Shown: piece after piece, positions 22,224-35,105 of the stretch
Layout: every line of letters begins with the position of its first letter
How positions within the stretch are numbered: the first letter of the stretch is position 1
Assembly (NCBI GenBank): GCA_020137815.1
Contig: CM035357.1
Span: 2,108,001-2,172,000 of the forward strand
Reading direction: 5' to 3'
DNA: 64,000 nucleotides
From: Hormiphora californensis
Taxonomy: Eukaryota > Animalia > Ctenophora
Position numbers and translations under genes: made by a program
The notes under the pieces: generated by a model
What the model was told of the DNA's origin: nothing
The model's database searches: none
The model's input: only the letters and a program-made list of their open reading frames with translations

Positions 22224-25200
22224 CTAGAAATCAAGCCGGTTCTTCTTTGCCCGTCCCTCGGCCAACCATTGCTTGATGAGAGCGACCTCTTGTTTCCTAG
22301 CGACAATGACAGATTTAGGGTCCTCTGGGTGGGATCCTCTGAGATCCAAATGGTGGGCACCGTCCTTGATCATAATGGCTTTTACAGTCGGGTTAACGTC
22401 CTTCAAGACACCACCTGTAGAGAGGAGGGGGAGACATGGGTTTTGTTGAGTAGGGGTTACTTAATAATCATGTTTAGGGAATAGGGTTGTTGAATACAGT
22501 TGGGAGGGAGTATATATGGTTGGGAGGGGTGGAGTGTGGGAAATATGGGGATTTATTAGGGGATTTATTTCCAAAGCTGTGTCCACTTACCAGCATGCCA
22601 GGGGTCAAGATGACCGTTAGAGAATATGATATTGCTGGCTGCCTTGAAATCAGCGCTCCAGTAATTCAAACTTGCACGTACTGGGTCTGGGGTCACCCCG
22701 TACTTTTCACTACAGTACCTTTAGGGAGGGTGAGGTTAGTGGTTATGTTCTACTCCTCCTTTACCTTTAGGGAGGGTTGGTGGTTCAACTTCAAGTTTAT
22801 TTCGTGGTAAAACGAAACCAACATCGAAACGTTACATTCTGCTCAGAACCTGTCAGGCGCCGCGGATCGCATAAATTGGGGTCTGGCGCCGCAAGACAGC
22901 TCAGATCCCCCAGGGACAGCAAAGCATAGCTAGCTGATACGGCCACCTTCTCACAATTCTTACTTTCCGACTATTTTAGGGTCCCACTGTAGGGGAGGGA
23001 ACATGTCCGTGACATTGTTGCTTGGGGTGGCTAGTTGGAACTCTGTGCAGCATTGCCAGTCCCAGGCCACAGCGGCTGGACCTGTCCCACAACCTATAGG
23101 GGGATTTGTTGAGATGCTGTAGAGTATTATAGGGGTCACTGTGTGAATCTGGGAGACTGAATGAGTTTAGGATTTGTTGAGATGCTGTAGGGTGTAGGGG
23201 TAACCTTAGAATGTAGGGGGAAGAGGTCATGCGTGGGCTGTAGAGTGTAGGCCACACCCTACACTGCAGTAGGGTAACTGTGCGAATCTGGGAGACTGAA
23301 TAAGTTTATAACTCCTAATAGGAGAGTTAAATGGGGTCTGGCGCCGCCGCACAGTTCATGTAGAACTACATACTAACCAGTAATATCAGCACATTCAATA
23401 AAGTCTTCGTATATATTAAAACATTTCTTTGTCCCGCTGGTCCCATTGTAGAAGAGTCCTGCAGCAGCTGCCAGTGCCTTCATCTCGTCTCCACTTTCAT
23501 CCATTTCATCTAGCATGAGGTTACACGCCGCAGTTACCTGTCAGGATATATGTCATATGAAGGGGAGGGAGGTTACATGCCGCATTCTGTCAGGGTTCAG
23601 TAGATCAATGGGGGGGGGGGGGTGAGGAAGGTAACTTACCGGCCATGCAGGGAGATCTCCAAAGAACTCAGCAGGGTAGGGGTAGTCCACCATGGCCATC
23701 ATTAGCATGCTGTTCCTGACCCATCCTACCAGGTGGTCAAACTGGGTCATATTGAACGGCTTACACAACCTGGTGATGAGGGGGTGTGAGGCTAGGGGTG
23801 TGATGAGGGTGTGTGAGGCTAGGGGTGTGTGAGGCTAGGGGTGTGATGAGGGTGTGTGAGGCTAGGGGTGTGATGAGGGTGTGTGAATCACATTGTGATC
23901 AGCTGTCAGGCCAATGCTCTGACCACAGTTCTCGCGCGTGAGAAGCGAGAATGGGTCAGGCCAATGCTCTGACAGGTGATCAGGGGAATAGTGGATACCC
24001 TTCGAGGGAAAGGATTGGGGACTACAGTATTAGGTGGCATACAAATTCAAATGGGGGGGGGGGGGTTCATAAACTATAAATTTGGAGTAGTAAGGTCTTG
24101 CGAAAATGTTTTTAGACACTCACTTGAAGGTGCTGGTAACAGCCTCCTCAAACCCTGCACTCTTCACCGTCTCGTACAGCTTAGTGAACCCGTTCCTAGT
24201 TACTTCCGGACACCTCTTATTAACAGCCCCAAAGTCAGTGGTCACAATTTGGAAAAACTTTTGCTTTGGTTTGGCGGTTTTGGCCATCATTGGGAGTGGT
24301 GCTGAGGCAGGCGAGGGCCACGTCGACAAGTTGAGGGTATCTGAGCCTCATCCAGGCAGTCAGCATTCCCCCATAGCTACCACCAAATGACACCACCTGG
24401 GGGAGGGGTCAGTTGACAATTCCCTAGTTGCAGTGTCACAACCCACCTTCCAATTCCAGAATATAATTTCTACCTTTCCTCAGAATTAGATACCAATGAG
24501 TGATCTATTCATTACCCCCAACATGACATTTACCTGTTCAATGTTGTATGTTTCCTTGTAGTACTTTATGACATCAGCAAAGTCCGCAGTAGCCTGGATG
24601 GATGAGAGGTATCGGAGTCCGTCTGGGGTGAACGCCGCCTCGCTAGACCCCCATGGGATGGATTCACCGTAGTACCTGTACATGTGATTAATTAACTAAT
24701 TAATTGATAGGGTGGTATTCTCAATCTCATCACAGTAGGAACGCGTTATTTTGTGACTCGTCGTTAGTTCCCATGGTCTCACCCGGCCCAGAAGCTGTCG
24801 GGCCAATGCTCTGAGTCAGAGTCTGACAGTCCAGAAGGGTGTCCCTAGCAAGTGTAAGGTAGCAAAGAGACCCCTCTGTCCCAGGGGTTTAGACTTTAAA
24901 GCACTCAGCACTCAGCACGGGCACTACCCTTGCTCTAAAATTCCTAAAATGTTCAGCTACCTGTGTTCAATAAAGACGATCAGGGCGTTAAACTGGGGTG
25001 CAATATCAAACATGAACCCCGTATTATCGTAGAAGCTCTCCAGAGGTCCCTCGTTCCCCGTGTACACAAACAGAGGTCCACTCTTGTTTTGTTTCCAGTG
25101 GGTGTCGTACTCGAAAACTCGCTGAGAATTACAGGGTGTTACATTTGTACAGGGTGACACTAGGGCGATTCACTATTCAGGGGTGTTAAAGGGTAATTGG

Positions 25201-25448
25201 GTTTAGCTTTACGCAAATGGGTCGCGACTCGGGTGTGCTCAGTGGGTGCCAGAATGAAACAGCATGAAACAGCTCTAGAAAGGGCCACTCACCAGTACAA
25301 ATGTTTCAGCGCTCTCGGGACTGTAAGTGAAGTGATCTAGTGTGGCAGTATACTTCCATTTCCGGGTAGGTTCGGGAATGTTATCCCTGTACTTGCCTGC
25401 TCCTACAGCAGCGGCTAGGAGGACAAACAAAACTGTGCAACGTAACAT
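22224..25448 (-). CDS. DPP7: Dipeptidyl peptidase 2 (peptidase S28), ~9 exons
   Basis: Signal peptide; [38 protein letters not shown]; DPP7-type [15 protein letters not shown] and SNNVTDMFP favour DPP7 over PRCP. Confidence 0.85.
23903..23975. mobile_element. 73-bp full form of the micro-element with 8-bp TSD
   Basis: gtgatcag|ctgtcaggccaatgctctgacc...ttctcgc..gcgagaa...ggtcaggccaatgctctgacag|gtgatcag. Confidence 0.85.
24795..24829. mobile_element. 35-bp variant of the micro-element
   Basis: cccagaag|ctgtcgggccaatgctctgagtcagagtctgacag|tccagaag (7/8 TSD match). Confidence 0.7.
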
Positions 25449-25624
25449 GGTGAAATGAGAGAGGGACTGGGAGAGATAAACAGGGAGATAACGCACGTGT
25501 CATGTGAGGTGTGGTGCAGCGTGGGAAGTAAGGAGGGATTTATCAGCCGCAAAGTTATTATCTCACATGTTGTACGTGATTGAAATCGTGGCGGAAACTT
25601 TTTATGTGATGTTGACTCTGTTTA

Positions 25625-25775
<151 letters not shown>

Positions 25776-26440
25776 TACATGTTTGAACACAAAATACACT
25801 GTGCGGCGACACCGGATGTGTGTATTACACACACCCACATCCGGGGTCGCCCACCAATATACACGTATAGCCCACGCACCACCACTCTTCTGTGTAAACT
25901 ACTTGCCAGCTAGATAGGGTGATATTCCGGCACCATGAAATTACATGCAACACCGTGACAGATAGTCACGTAATTGTAGAACAAGTCGGAAGACAGTGCA
26001 GAAACGGTCCCTTTCCAGCGCCCTGAGAGGTTCACCCGGCGCGCGCATCTCCTAGGGGGGTCTACAATTGTTGGAAAACTTGGCGCTGGAGTGCTGACGA
26101 TATAGGCACTCGCAACCTACGCACGCGCTCTACACCAACCCTTTCTCTCTCTGCACACTTGCTTCTGCACCCTCCGACCCGCCCGCCACTTTTTGGCATT
26201 TAGACAAAGTTTCAAACACGTTTCATTAACGGAAATAAACATCAAATAAAAACACTGTGGGGTAAAAAATAAGGGTATGATGAAAGTTGGTGTTCAGTTT
26301 CTCTCACACACGCACAGCGACACAGTCAAATAAATGTTCACACACTCTCTCTCGGGTATAATATCAACCTCTCAAATTCACTGTCTTTTTCATACAATTT
26401 TCTCTCACAAACATCACTGTCCAATCTCTCTCTCAAATCT

Positions 26441-26709
26441 TTAATAAGGTCTAAAACGGTTGAAGCTATTTTGGTTGTTATGGTCACCTCCTCGGAATCC
26501 TCCCCTTTGGTAACCACCTCCCCAACCACCTCCGAAACCACCTCGGCCTCCGCTGAAACCTCCTCGGCCGCCCCAACCGCCTGAAAAAGGGGTGTTGTTG
26601 TGGTTACTATGGTAACAAAACAATTGTAAACAGGTGTTCATTTTAGGGGTGTTGAGAGGAGAGGAATGAGGGGGTGACGGATGAAAGAAAGAAATAGAGA
26701 TAGAAAGAG

Positions 26710-26756
<47 letters not shown>

Positions 26757-27668
26757 ATAAAGAGAAAGAAAGAAAGAGTGAGATAGAGAAAGAAACAAAG
26801 AGAAAGAAAGAGAGAAAGAGAGAGATAATGTCAAGTGGGAACGAACCGTACAACACATGGTAGTGCATGTGTGCTGAAATCCCACAACACAACTCTCCAA
26901 CCCCCACCCTCACTTGCAGGGCGGGGGCGGGGGAGTTGCAGAAATATGTGAGACACAACACACGCACAGTTGTTACAGTCAGAGACCACATATAGTTGGT
27001 GTTGGATGCACTAAATATCACGTGATATAGGGGTCACGTGATATTAACACAGGAAAGAGGGGAGACTCAGCTCAGTCTTGTGTTGTTGCATCCGTGCAAC
27101 AGGGGGGAGGGAGGGGGTAACGTGCATGAATACTGCAGTAGATAACTGACACATAAAGCAAGCAACATCAACTTGAGACAAACAGAAGATACAGACATAA
27201 CTAACAGGGCAAGAAACAGATTAAAAAAAACAGACAAACAAACATACTAACTAACACTGTTAGTTAGTATGTTTCTTTGTCTGTTTGTCTAACAGACAAA
27301 CAAACAAACAGACATAACAAACTAACAGACTAACTAACAGACAAACAAACAGACTTCACCAAACTCACCCCTTCCTCCTCGAGAGTTCTTGGGTTCAGCC
27401 TTGTTTGCAGTGATGGTGATTCCATTGATCTCATGATTCCTTACGATAATCACCTTATCCACAGCGTCAGGGTTGTCGAACGTGATGAATCCGAAACCTC
27501 TGAAAATAGTGGGTTTGAGAGTCGTGTGGGAAGTTAGGTCTTTGAAGCTAGAGACTCTATGATAATATTTGCTGCAATAACAAGACGAAGAGGGAGAGAG
27601 AGGGATGGAGAGAGGGAGAGAGAAAAAAGAGAGAGAGAGAAAGAGAGAGAGAGCGAGAGAGAGAGAGA

Positions 27669-27734
<66 letters not shown>

Positions 27735-30034
27735 CCACATAGGACAAGGATATATCAGACCCACACACACTCACACAACAACGCACAAGACAACTCTCTC
27801 TCTCATTGACGGTGGTACTAGGCTGACCTGTCAGCACAATAACAACACTCTGCTTGTCAGTTTGTCAACTTGAATTCCTTAGTTTTTCAACTGCTATCCC
27901 CCAGGCCAAGCTAGTCAGTTAGTCAGTTTTCACCTGACTTTGGGTGTCTGTCAGACTGACAGTGTCAGTTTATCAGCTCTCACCTAAGTTTGGGTGTCTG
28001 TCCCTCAGGAAGACCCTCAGATCTCTCCCTCATCAATTCAACACTCTCGACAGTACAGGTGAAATTCTTTTCGAAGTATTCCTTGACAATCTCCTCTGTC
28101 AGTCCTTCTTTTACTCGACCAAGGTAGACCCTGTGTGGGAATAACGGGGAGGGGGTTAGAGAGGATGTGAATTGTGAGGTCGTGGTGTTATAGCTAGTAG
28201 GGACCTGATGGGATAAGGAGGTTTGGAAAGGAGGGACTTCAAAAAGGCGGGGAAAAGAGAAAGGGAGAGAGCGAAAGAGAAAGTGTTTGGACTTAAGGTT
28301 GGGTCCGTTGGAAAAGGAACAGTTTAAAGCAGGAACAGGTTATCCGAAGCTGATGCAAAAGTGGAATTACCATTCACCCCCAAAAAGAGAGGGTGGAGAG
28401 AGAGAGAGAGAAAGAGATGTAAACCAGAAATTTAAAGAGTGAGAGCGTACTGCAGTAAGCAAATCGCCAATTTGTATATCCGCCTCTCACTTTCCCTCGC
28501 TTTTACAGCCCTTCCATTTCTCTCCTTTCCATCTCTTTCTCTCTCTCCCCTCTCTCACCCAAGTGCACTCTCTACATCCGCGTTACACTCGCCCCCACTG
28601 CCTGTACTCCCACTGCACACAGCTGATGACACGTGTACTCAACAACGGGGGAACTGCACACTCCTTCCTTCTTTCTATCTCTCTCTATCTCTCTCTTTCT
28701 CTATCTTTCTCGCTCCCTCTCTCTTTCTCTATCTATCTCTCTCTCTACTTCCCGGAACACCCAAACGCACATACCGTGCCTCGACGCTGCTGCACAGTTG
28801 AGAGCAGCCGAAACTGTGGAAAGTTGTGCAAAACGGAAACGCAAAAAGTTCTCTATTATTTTTATTTTTCATTCAAACTAAAGGGTTTCAGGTTCATTTA
28901 TCGTGCCAGTGAATCTTAGATATATATGGGTGTCTAAGATCTGGCAGTTAAAACCCCTAAAACTCCTCTCCTTACCCTTCTTACCTGAGAGATTTAACGC
29001 TTCCCTGGCCATCCTTGGGAATAGCCCTCTTGACCTCAAGCTGACGGTCATCTAGAGTCAGGCCAGTCTTCTTTTCGAGACACTTGTCCACTTCTTCGAC
29101 TGTCTCAAAAGTGATAAAACCAAATCCTCGGCTGACCTCTACAGGGGAGATTGTGTGATGGATGATGGGTCCAAGGAATGTCATGATAAAGGCAGAGAGA
29201 GGGAGAGAGAGAGAGAGACAGAGAGAGGGAGAGAGAGGGAAAAAGAGAGAGAGGGAGAGAGATAGAGGGAGAGAGAGAGAAAAGAGAGACAACTTACTGC
29301 TTAGATCTTTAATGATAGTACACTCAGAGATAGTTCCGAATTGTTCGAAAAACTCCTTCAGCTTCTCCTCTGTGGTGTCCCTGCTCAAGCCTGGGGAAAG
29401 GGAAATATAATTTCGATTATACTGTCCGGCCAGGGAATATTTGTTACATTTGCTTTCTAGAGGCGAGGATATACACACAACTTAAAACTTGTGTTGTCTC
29501 TTGCCGGACAAGACATTCTGAGCAGTCTACTACATGACAGTGAGGTATAGGAAACATTTCTCAACCCTCACCTCCAATAAATAGCTTCCTGAGAGCATCA
29601 ATCCCGGCAATTTTAGCCTTCACATCAGCAACCACAGGTGTAGGTGCAGCAGCGGCAGCACCCTCAGTAGTAGCCGGTGTTGTCTCAGATTCCATTGCCT
29701 CTGGAGCCTTCTCAGCTGCTTCATCTTTTGCAGCATCTCCCTCAGCCTTCTCCTCACTTTTCTCCTCCTCAGCAGGTTTTGTCTCCTCTGCTGCGGGAGT
29801 CTCTACTACTTCAGCAGGTGTTTCTACTGCAGGAGTTTCTTCAGTAGTAGCGGGAGCTTCCTCGGTGGTGGTTGTTTGTTCCTGGGTAGAGATGTTGTTA
29901 ATTATTGACAACTAACAATTCATACTTTTCAAATTGTCAAAAATCAAAATACGCACAAAAACAAGATGGGAAAGGGGGTAGGAGGGGGTTGGTAACATAT
30001 TTACACTGCGTTGTCCGAATCATACCTCTGCCAT
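26441..30034 (-). CDS. hnRNP A/B/D-like protein: acidic N-terminus, 2 RRMs, RGG tail
   Basis: Exons 30026-30034, 29572-29882, 29298-29390, 28985-29138, 27984-28130, 27369-27499, 26441-26580; KLFIGGL, RGFGFITF x2, C-terminal RFRPY (PY-NLS). Confidence 0.85.
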
Positions 30035-31277
30035 ATCTACACTGTTTTCTGTGTTTCTACGCACTCAAGTACAGTTATCAGGGAGTTATTGTTTATCAGT
30101 TGCAGGCAGTTAGTGTTTGTGTTAGGACGCTGGAAGAAACTAAAGAGGGACGCTGTTAGAGAGGGATTAGGAACGAGAGGGAGGGAGGGGAACACTGAGA
30201 AAATGTAGAGATACTCACCTTCAGAGGTCTTTAATTCGAGCTTTTGACTTGCTACAAGGGAGAAGAGTATTGATTAGCGACACACAAATATCGTGATTAG
30301 TTATTGAGGTTTAGACTAAGTGTCTAAGATTTGAGACATTAAAAACCCCCGATTTTTTAAGAATAATTTAAACTCAGAGTGAAATGCATACACACATACA
30401 ACAACATAACAACGCACCACAGATACATATTGTATATTTAACACATCACATCACCGCTGTATAATTATATACCTATGGAAAACATCCTGACAGAGTTACT
30501 AGTCACTACAGTTACCATGGTTACCACTGGTTACCAAGGTAACTAGCAACCAACTGAGGTAACTGAGAGCTAGTAACCTGTTAATACGTGTGTGCAGAAT
30601 AGTCGCAAAATGTATACACTTTCACTGTCTCTCTCTCGCGTATCTCCCCCCGATATATGTCTTCCAATATACAAGACCCTCTCTCTCTCAATGCCAAAGT
30701 ATTTGATGTTTTTTAACAGCATGTTCCATGATCATTAGTCTGTTAGTTTGGTAAGATGAGATGGCTTGTACTATTCGGAAGATAGAATATATATCGGGGT
30801 ATACGCGGTCTTAACTCCATACGTTATCTGTAGCAATATATCAGCGTCCTCTCTTTCTCTCTTTCTTCGACCACCGGGGGACTGTATATATTTTTTCTTT
30901 TCTATTTTTCTCCCTTACACCACCACTTCTAAACTTTACCCACTCTCCTCATAATATACAGACATGCAATCTATAGCTTTCAACACACATACACACACTT
31001 TTTAGGATTGGAAATATATCTCACAGGCGGAAAAAATGCTTTATTATATGATATTGCACCGGTAAATGTATTGTAAAGGGTGTTATATAGGTACCTGGTA
31101 CTTGGTGCAAAATATTACTCTCACAAACCCAAAAGGAGGGTGACCTAAAAGATTAAAGTATGATTGTAGCACGTTTAGCACTGTATAATTTAGAGATTTG
31201 AATTTCTTATTATCAGGCTAAGTGGTACAAAACATAACTCTCACTCTCAGGGTGTTGGTTTGAGATTAACTTTTAGG

Positions 31278-31370
31278 CAGGAACCGACCGACACAAGTAA
31301 ACAACCAATCAGAACTCGTTATTAAGGTCACGTGACTGGTTATCAGCCAATCAGGGACCAGTATTTCCTG
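31278..31370 (+). mobile_element. ~105-bp MITE (caggaaccgaccga TIR family), truncated copy
   Basis: Near-identical to the copies at 32449, 39788 and 56800. Confidence 0.8.
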
Positions 31371-32448
31371 CTTTTAGGTCACCCACCATCTTCTAAAAAG
31401 AAGTAGATATCAAACTAAATAACATATTGGCAAAACTTAAATTTATTTTTGATCTTTTTCTATCTTATAATTCCCATATTATTCAAATTTGAGTGTGATC
31501 TTCTTATCTCTCTCTTTTCAGTTCTTCTCTCCAACTCCTTTATCATACCATACCAAACTCTCTTTGCTTCTCTCTACCGATTTCAGTGGTAATAGTGCAT
31601 CAAAACAACAAAAAAGAAATTGAGAACCTTCCTCTCTCTCTCTCTCTCTGGATTGGGGTTGTATCACGAGGGTGGAGGCATGGTCTTCTTCTCGCACACA
31701 CAGTGGGGGTACCACCACTCTCTCTCTCTCTCTCTCGCAGTGGCAGTATTTCATACCCCATTAATAATCATCAATAAACAATAAGAGTCTACTACCTCTC
31801 TTTCTCTCTTCTCCGGAGGGGGTCTAGAGGATCGCTGGCTGTGGCCGAAAGTTTGATGTTAGAGCCAGTGGGCTAGAAAATAAAACATTGTCCTAATTTA
31901 GAGCTTCATCTTTTACTTTAACCACGCAACCAAGTGAACCCAAAACTCTCGAATTTGTAGCACGAATATGTATGAGGTACCAAGGGAAACCTTGTAGGTA
32001 CTAGCTTGGAAGGAAAATTGCAACACTTTCGTGGAGAAAGTGAAGCCATGAAGTCTCACAAACATGCAGCAAAGTGCCGTTTTTGTGAGTTTTCAAACAT
32101 TGTATTGAAAAAGTTAAAAGAGAATTGGGCTCTCCTAGTTGCGTTTTTCTTCTCTCCTTGAAAACATTGATATTAAACACACTGAGTAAAAGAACTGGCC
32201 CCAGATTCGGCCACATCCAACGTATCCCCGGCCCCATCCCTCTCCATCTCAACTGGTTGTAGTGCCCTAAGTCCCGAACAATCGACGATTCGAACCGATC
32301 TCACAACGGTCTTTGTCGAATGTGGGATTTGGACAACGTGACACCGTCCCTCGCGTGGGGAGCAGTATCACGTATTTCATAATAATGTACACGAATCACA
32401 CATCAATCAGATTAAGTATTTTGTTATGCCCGGATGTTAGGTTGGCAG

Positions 32449-32558
32449 CAGGAACCGACCGACACAAGTAAACAACCAATCAGAACTCGTTATTTAGGTC
32501 ACGTGACTGGTTATCAGCCAATCAAGGACCAGTAGTTCCCTGATTCGGTCGGTTCCTG
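32449..32558 (+). mobile_element. ~105-bp MITE, complete copy
   Basis: caggaaccgaccga ... tcggtcggttcctg TIRs; internal ccaatca/cacgtg motifs. Confidence 0.85.
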
Positions 32559-33278
32559 GTCTGATGAGTTTTGATATCAGTACACAATTGATCTTGTAAC
32601 AGAAAATATGGAAAATAGCTTCACATAAAGTAAAGCATCGTATATATAAACAATATATATAGTTATGTAAAGATTGCCAGGGAAAATAGATTTGTTAGTG
32701 TATCTAACCGTTTGTGTACCGAACTACATATAAAACACGTGATGAGCTGTCGTAACTTTACTGAAAAAGGATCTCCACCTATCAATCAATAAATTTGAAA
32801 ATCAATTTGAATTTCGTTGTTATATATACTCTAATCCAAGAAAATTGATATCTATCTCAAATAAAAAGTGTATCTGGGGTAGTGAAGTTACGACACCCGC
32901 ATCTGTCATATCATCCCCTCTTTCTCGCACGGCAGGGAAAAAAACAAAACTTTGCTGGCAAAAGAGGGGATGATATTTTAACAGAGGGAAACTCAAATTA
33001 TATATATACTCGGTTAATGTTTGGGGGATAATATATATATTAGGATATAATTCTAGGGAATCACACTAACTCACACATGCTCACTAAGGGCCCCCTTCCA
33101 AGATTTTCTTCGTTCTTCTCTCTCTCAATCTGACCATTCTCGTCTCTCTTTTGGGTTCAAATTTGATGGGAGAAAGATCAGAGAGATCGTGTAATTCAAT
33201 GCACACCGCGAACTAGGAGAGGGGGCCGGGAGAGGGTGGAGAGGAGAGGTGTGTTATAACAAACAGGGGAGGTGTTTA

Positions 33279-34554
33279 TCAATAGTTGGCTGTCTTCCGG
33301 CCTCCCTGGGGTACAGATGGGGGCATGGATCCGTTCCGGCCGGGGGGAGGTCCAGCTCCTTGGTTATTTCGCCTGCCGTTTCCACGGGATTGGTTGTAGT
33401 GGGGAGGGTAGTCGCCGTACCCGCCGTATCCGTAACCTAGGGGAGAGAGAGAATTAGGGATGGGAGAGAGTAAAATAGAGATGGGGAGATCTTCTTTTAC
33501 TTTTTTAAAACAGGGACATGTACGAGGATTAGAAAGGGTTTATAACACTTTTATCAACTTACCACCACTAGGTCCATTATATCCATACCCATAACCTCCA
33601 CCATGGCCATAGTAACTAGGTCCATAGTAACCATAATCCTGATAAGGTCCATATCCGTAATCATAATATCCTCCATAGTACCGCTGTCGGGAGCCCTTTG
33701 GTTCTGCTTTCTTCACCTCAACCCTGGTACCTGCTACCTCGTGGAAATGTCGGATACAAAGCTCGTCAACCAGATCTGTATCGTCCAGGGTAACAAAACA
33801 GAACCGTCGCCTTTTCTGTTCCTTTCCCTCCTGTTTCTTTTCCTTGATGAAGTCCACCTTGGTAACAACGGCCGCGAAGTTATCCTCAAAATAGGATTTG
33901 ACTGAAATTGGGAGAGAATTTAGTGAACTGAAACAGTGACGAATGGTACAAGTTTACAAATTAAGTTATGGTACTATAACAACTGATCTTCCCTTTGTGG
34001 GAAAGTAGGATATTACTTACTGGTTTCCTCGTCGACATCAGTATCCAGACCACCAACGAAGATCTTATGAGTTTTCAGGCTAGCATTCCTGTCCCTGTTG
34101 CCCCGGGGCATGGCTCGTTTCACCTCAATCTCCTTTTCATCCAAGGAATGGGCTGTTTGTTTCTTCTCCTCCAGGCACTTCTTTGCTCCATCATCCGTGG
34201 CGTAGGTGACAAAACCAAAACGTCTGTGAGAGAAAGGGGAGTTGGAAGAGATATCACTTGAATTGAAGGGCATTTCAGCACGTTGGAAGCAGAAATGAAC
34301 CTACCTTGACTTGCCATCGTCGTATCTTAGGATGTTAATATTCTCAACCTCACCAAATTGGCCAAAATACTCTCTACCAGAGTCCTCTGTAGTCGACTCG
34401 CTAAGGCCACCAACAAAAAGTTTACGAAGTTTATCCTCTAGCTCCTCTACTCCGTTAGTGTGCTATGGAGATATATGGGTTAGCGGTATATGGGGATGAG
34501 ACGGGTGTGTTTTGATAATTTTACACTTACATCAACATCTTTGGCATCTAACAT
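33279..34554 (-). CDS. Second hnRNP/DAZAP1/Musashi-like 2xRRM protein with G/Y-rich tail
   Basis: Exons ~34531-34554, 34305-34462, 34020-34223, 33563-33902, 33279-33436; KLFVGGL, KIFVGGL, VEVKKAEPK. Confidence 0.85.
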
Positions 34555-34654
34555 TGTGACCTGGGAGGGAGGAAGGGACCCAGTGTGATGGAAAATCAAC
34601 GAAGAATCAGTGAAACACGGAAATTTTTATTGAAATCAGTTGAACAACGTTACC

Positions 34655-35100
34655 TTAAGTTGATTAACAAGGGAAATAGCTGTTCTTTTGTAGGGGACTA
34701 ACTAAGAAAGGGGACCGAACTCCGATAAAAGGCAAAATTTGGGGAAAACTTTTCACACTGAACAAAGAAATCTGCTTCCACCGCAACCTTGACAGAAACT
34801 TTTTATTCTCAATTTTATGCTGCGCGCGTGAAAAGCAGCGCTGTTTCGTTATATATCGCGCCCGCCGTTAAATGCATCGTAAAATTTAACGATTTTAGCC
34901 GGTAAATGTTGGGTTTTTCGAACCGCGAAAAGTCCGAAATTTTGAAGTTTTTGTTTCAAAAAAGTTTTCGTCGGTGTTCCGCGTTTCTTTGAGGAAACTG
35001 TCTCAGATCTGGACTTGTATTTGGCCTAAAGACTAGTTTTGGTCTTTATTATACCTCTCACTACCCTTTTTTAAACTACCAACACACTTAGCGAGAGAGT
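34655..35100. promoter_or_regulatory. Probable bidirectional promoter between RRM gene 2 and CAPZB
   Basis: Head-to-head genes ~550 bp apart with a CpG-richer interval. Confidence 0.5.
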
Positions 35101-35105
35101 GCGAA

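Noticed and set aside
22224-25448. PRCP assignment
   Set aside because: GCGTGP/AWD and SNNVTDMFP motifs match DPP7 better.
26090-26112. Hammerhead ribozyme core (CTGACGA)
   Set aside because: No stem II followed by GAAA in the right position.
27228-27288. miRNA-like hairpin in an hnRNP intron
   Set aside because: Inverted low-complexity microsatellite with no other support.
27948-27962. ctgtcagactgacag as another micro-element copy
   Set aside because: No 8-bp flanking duplication and no core spacer.
32260-32272. Telomerase RNA template (ccctaa)
   Set aside because: Only one repeat unit with no alignment extension.
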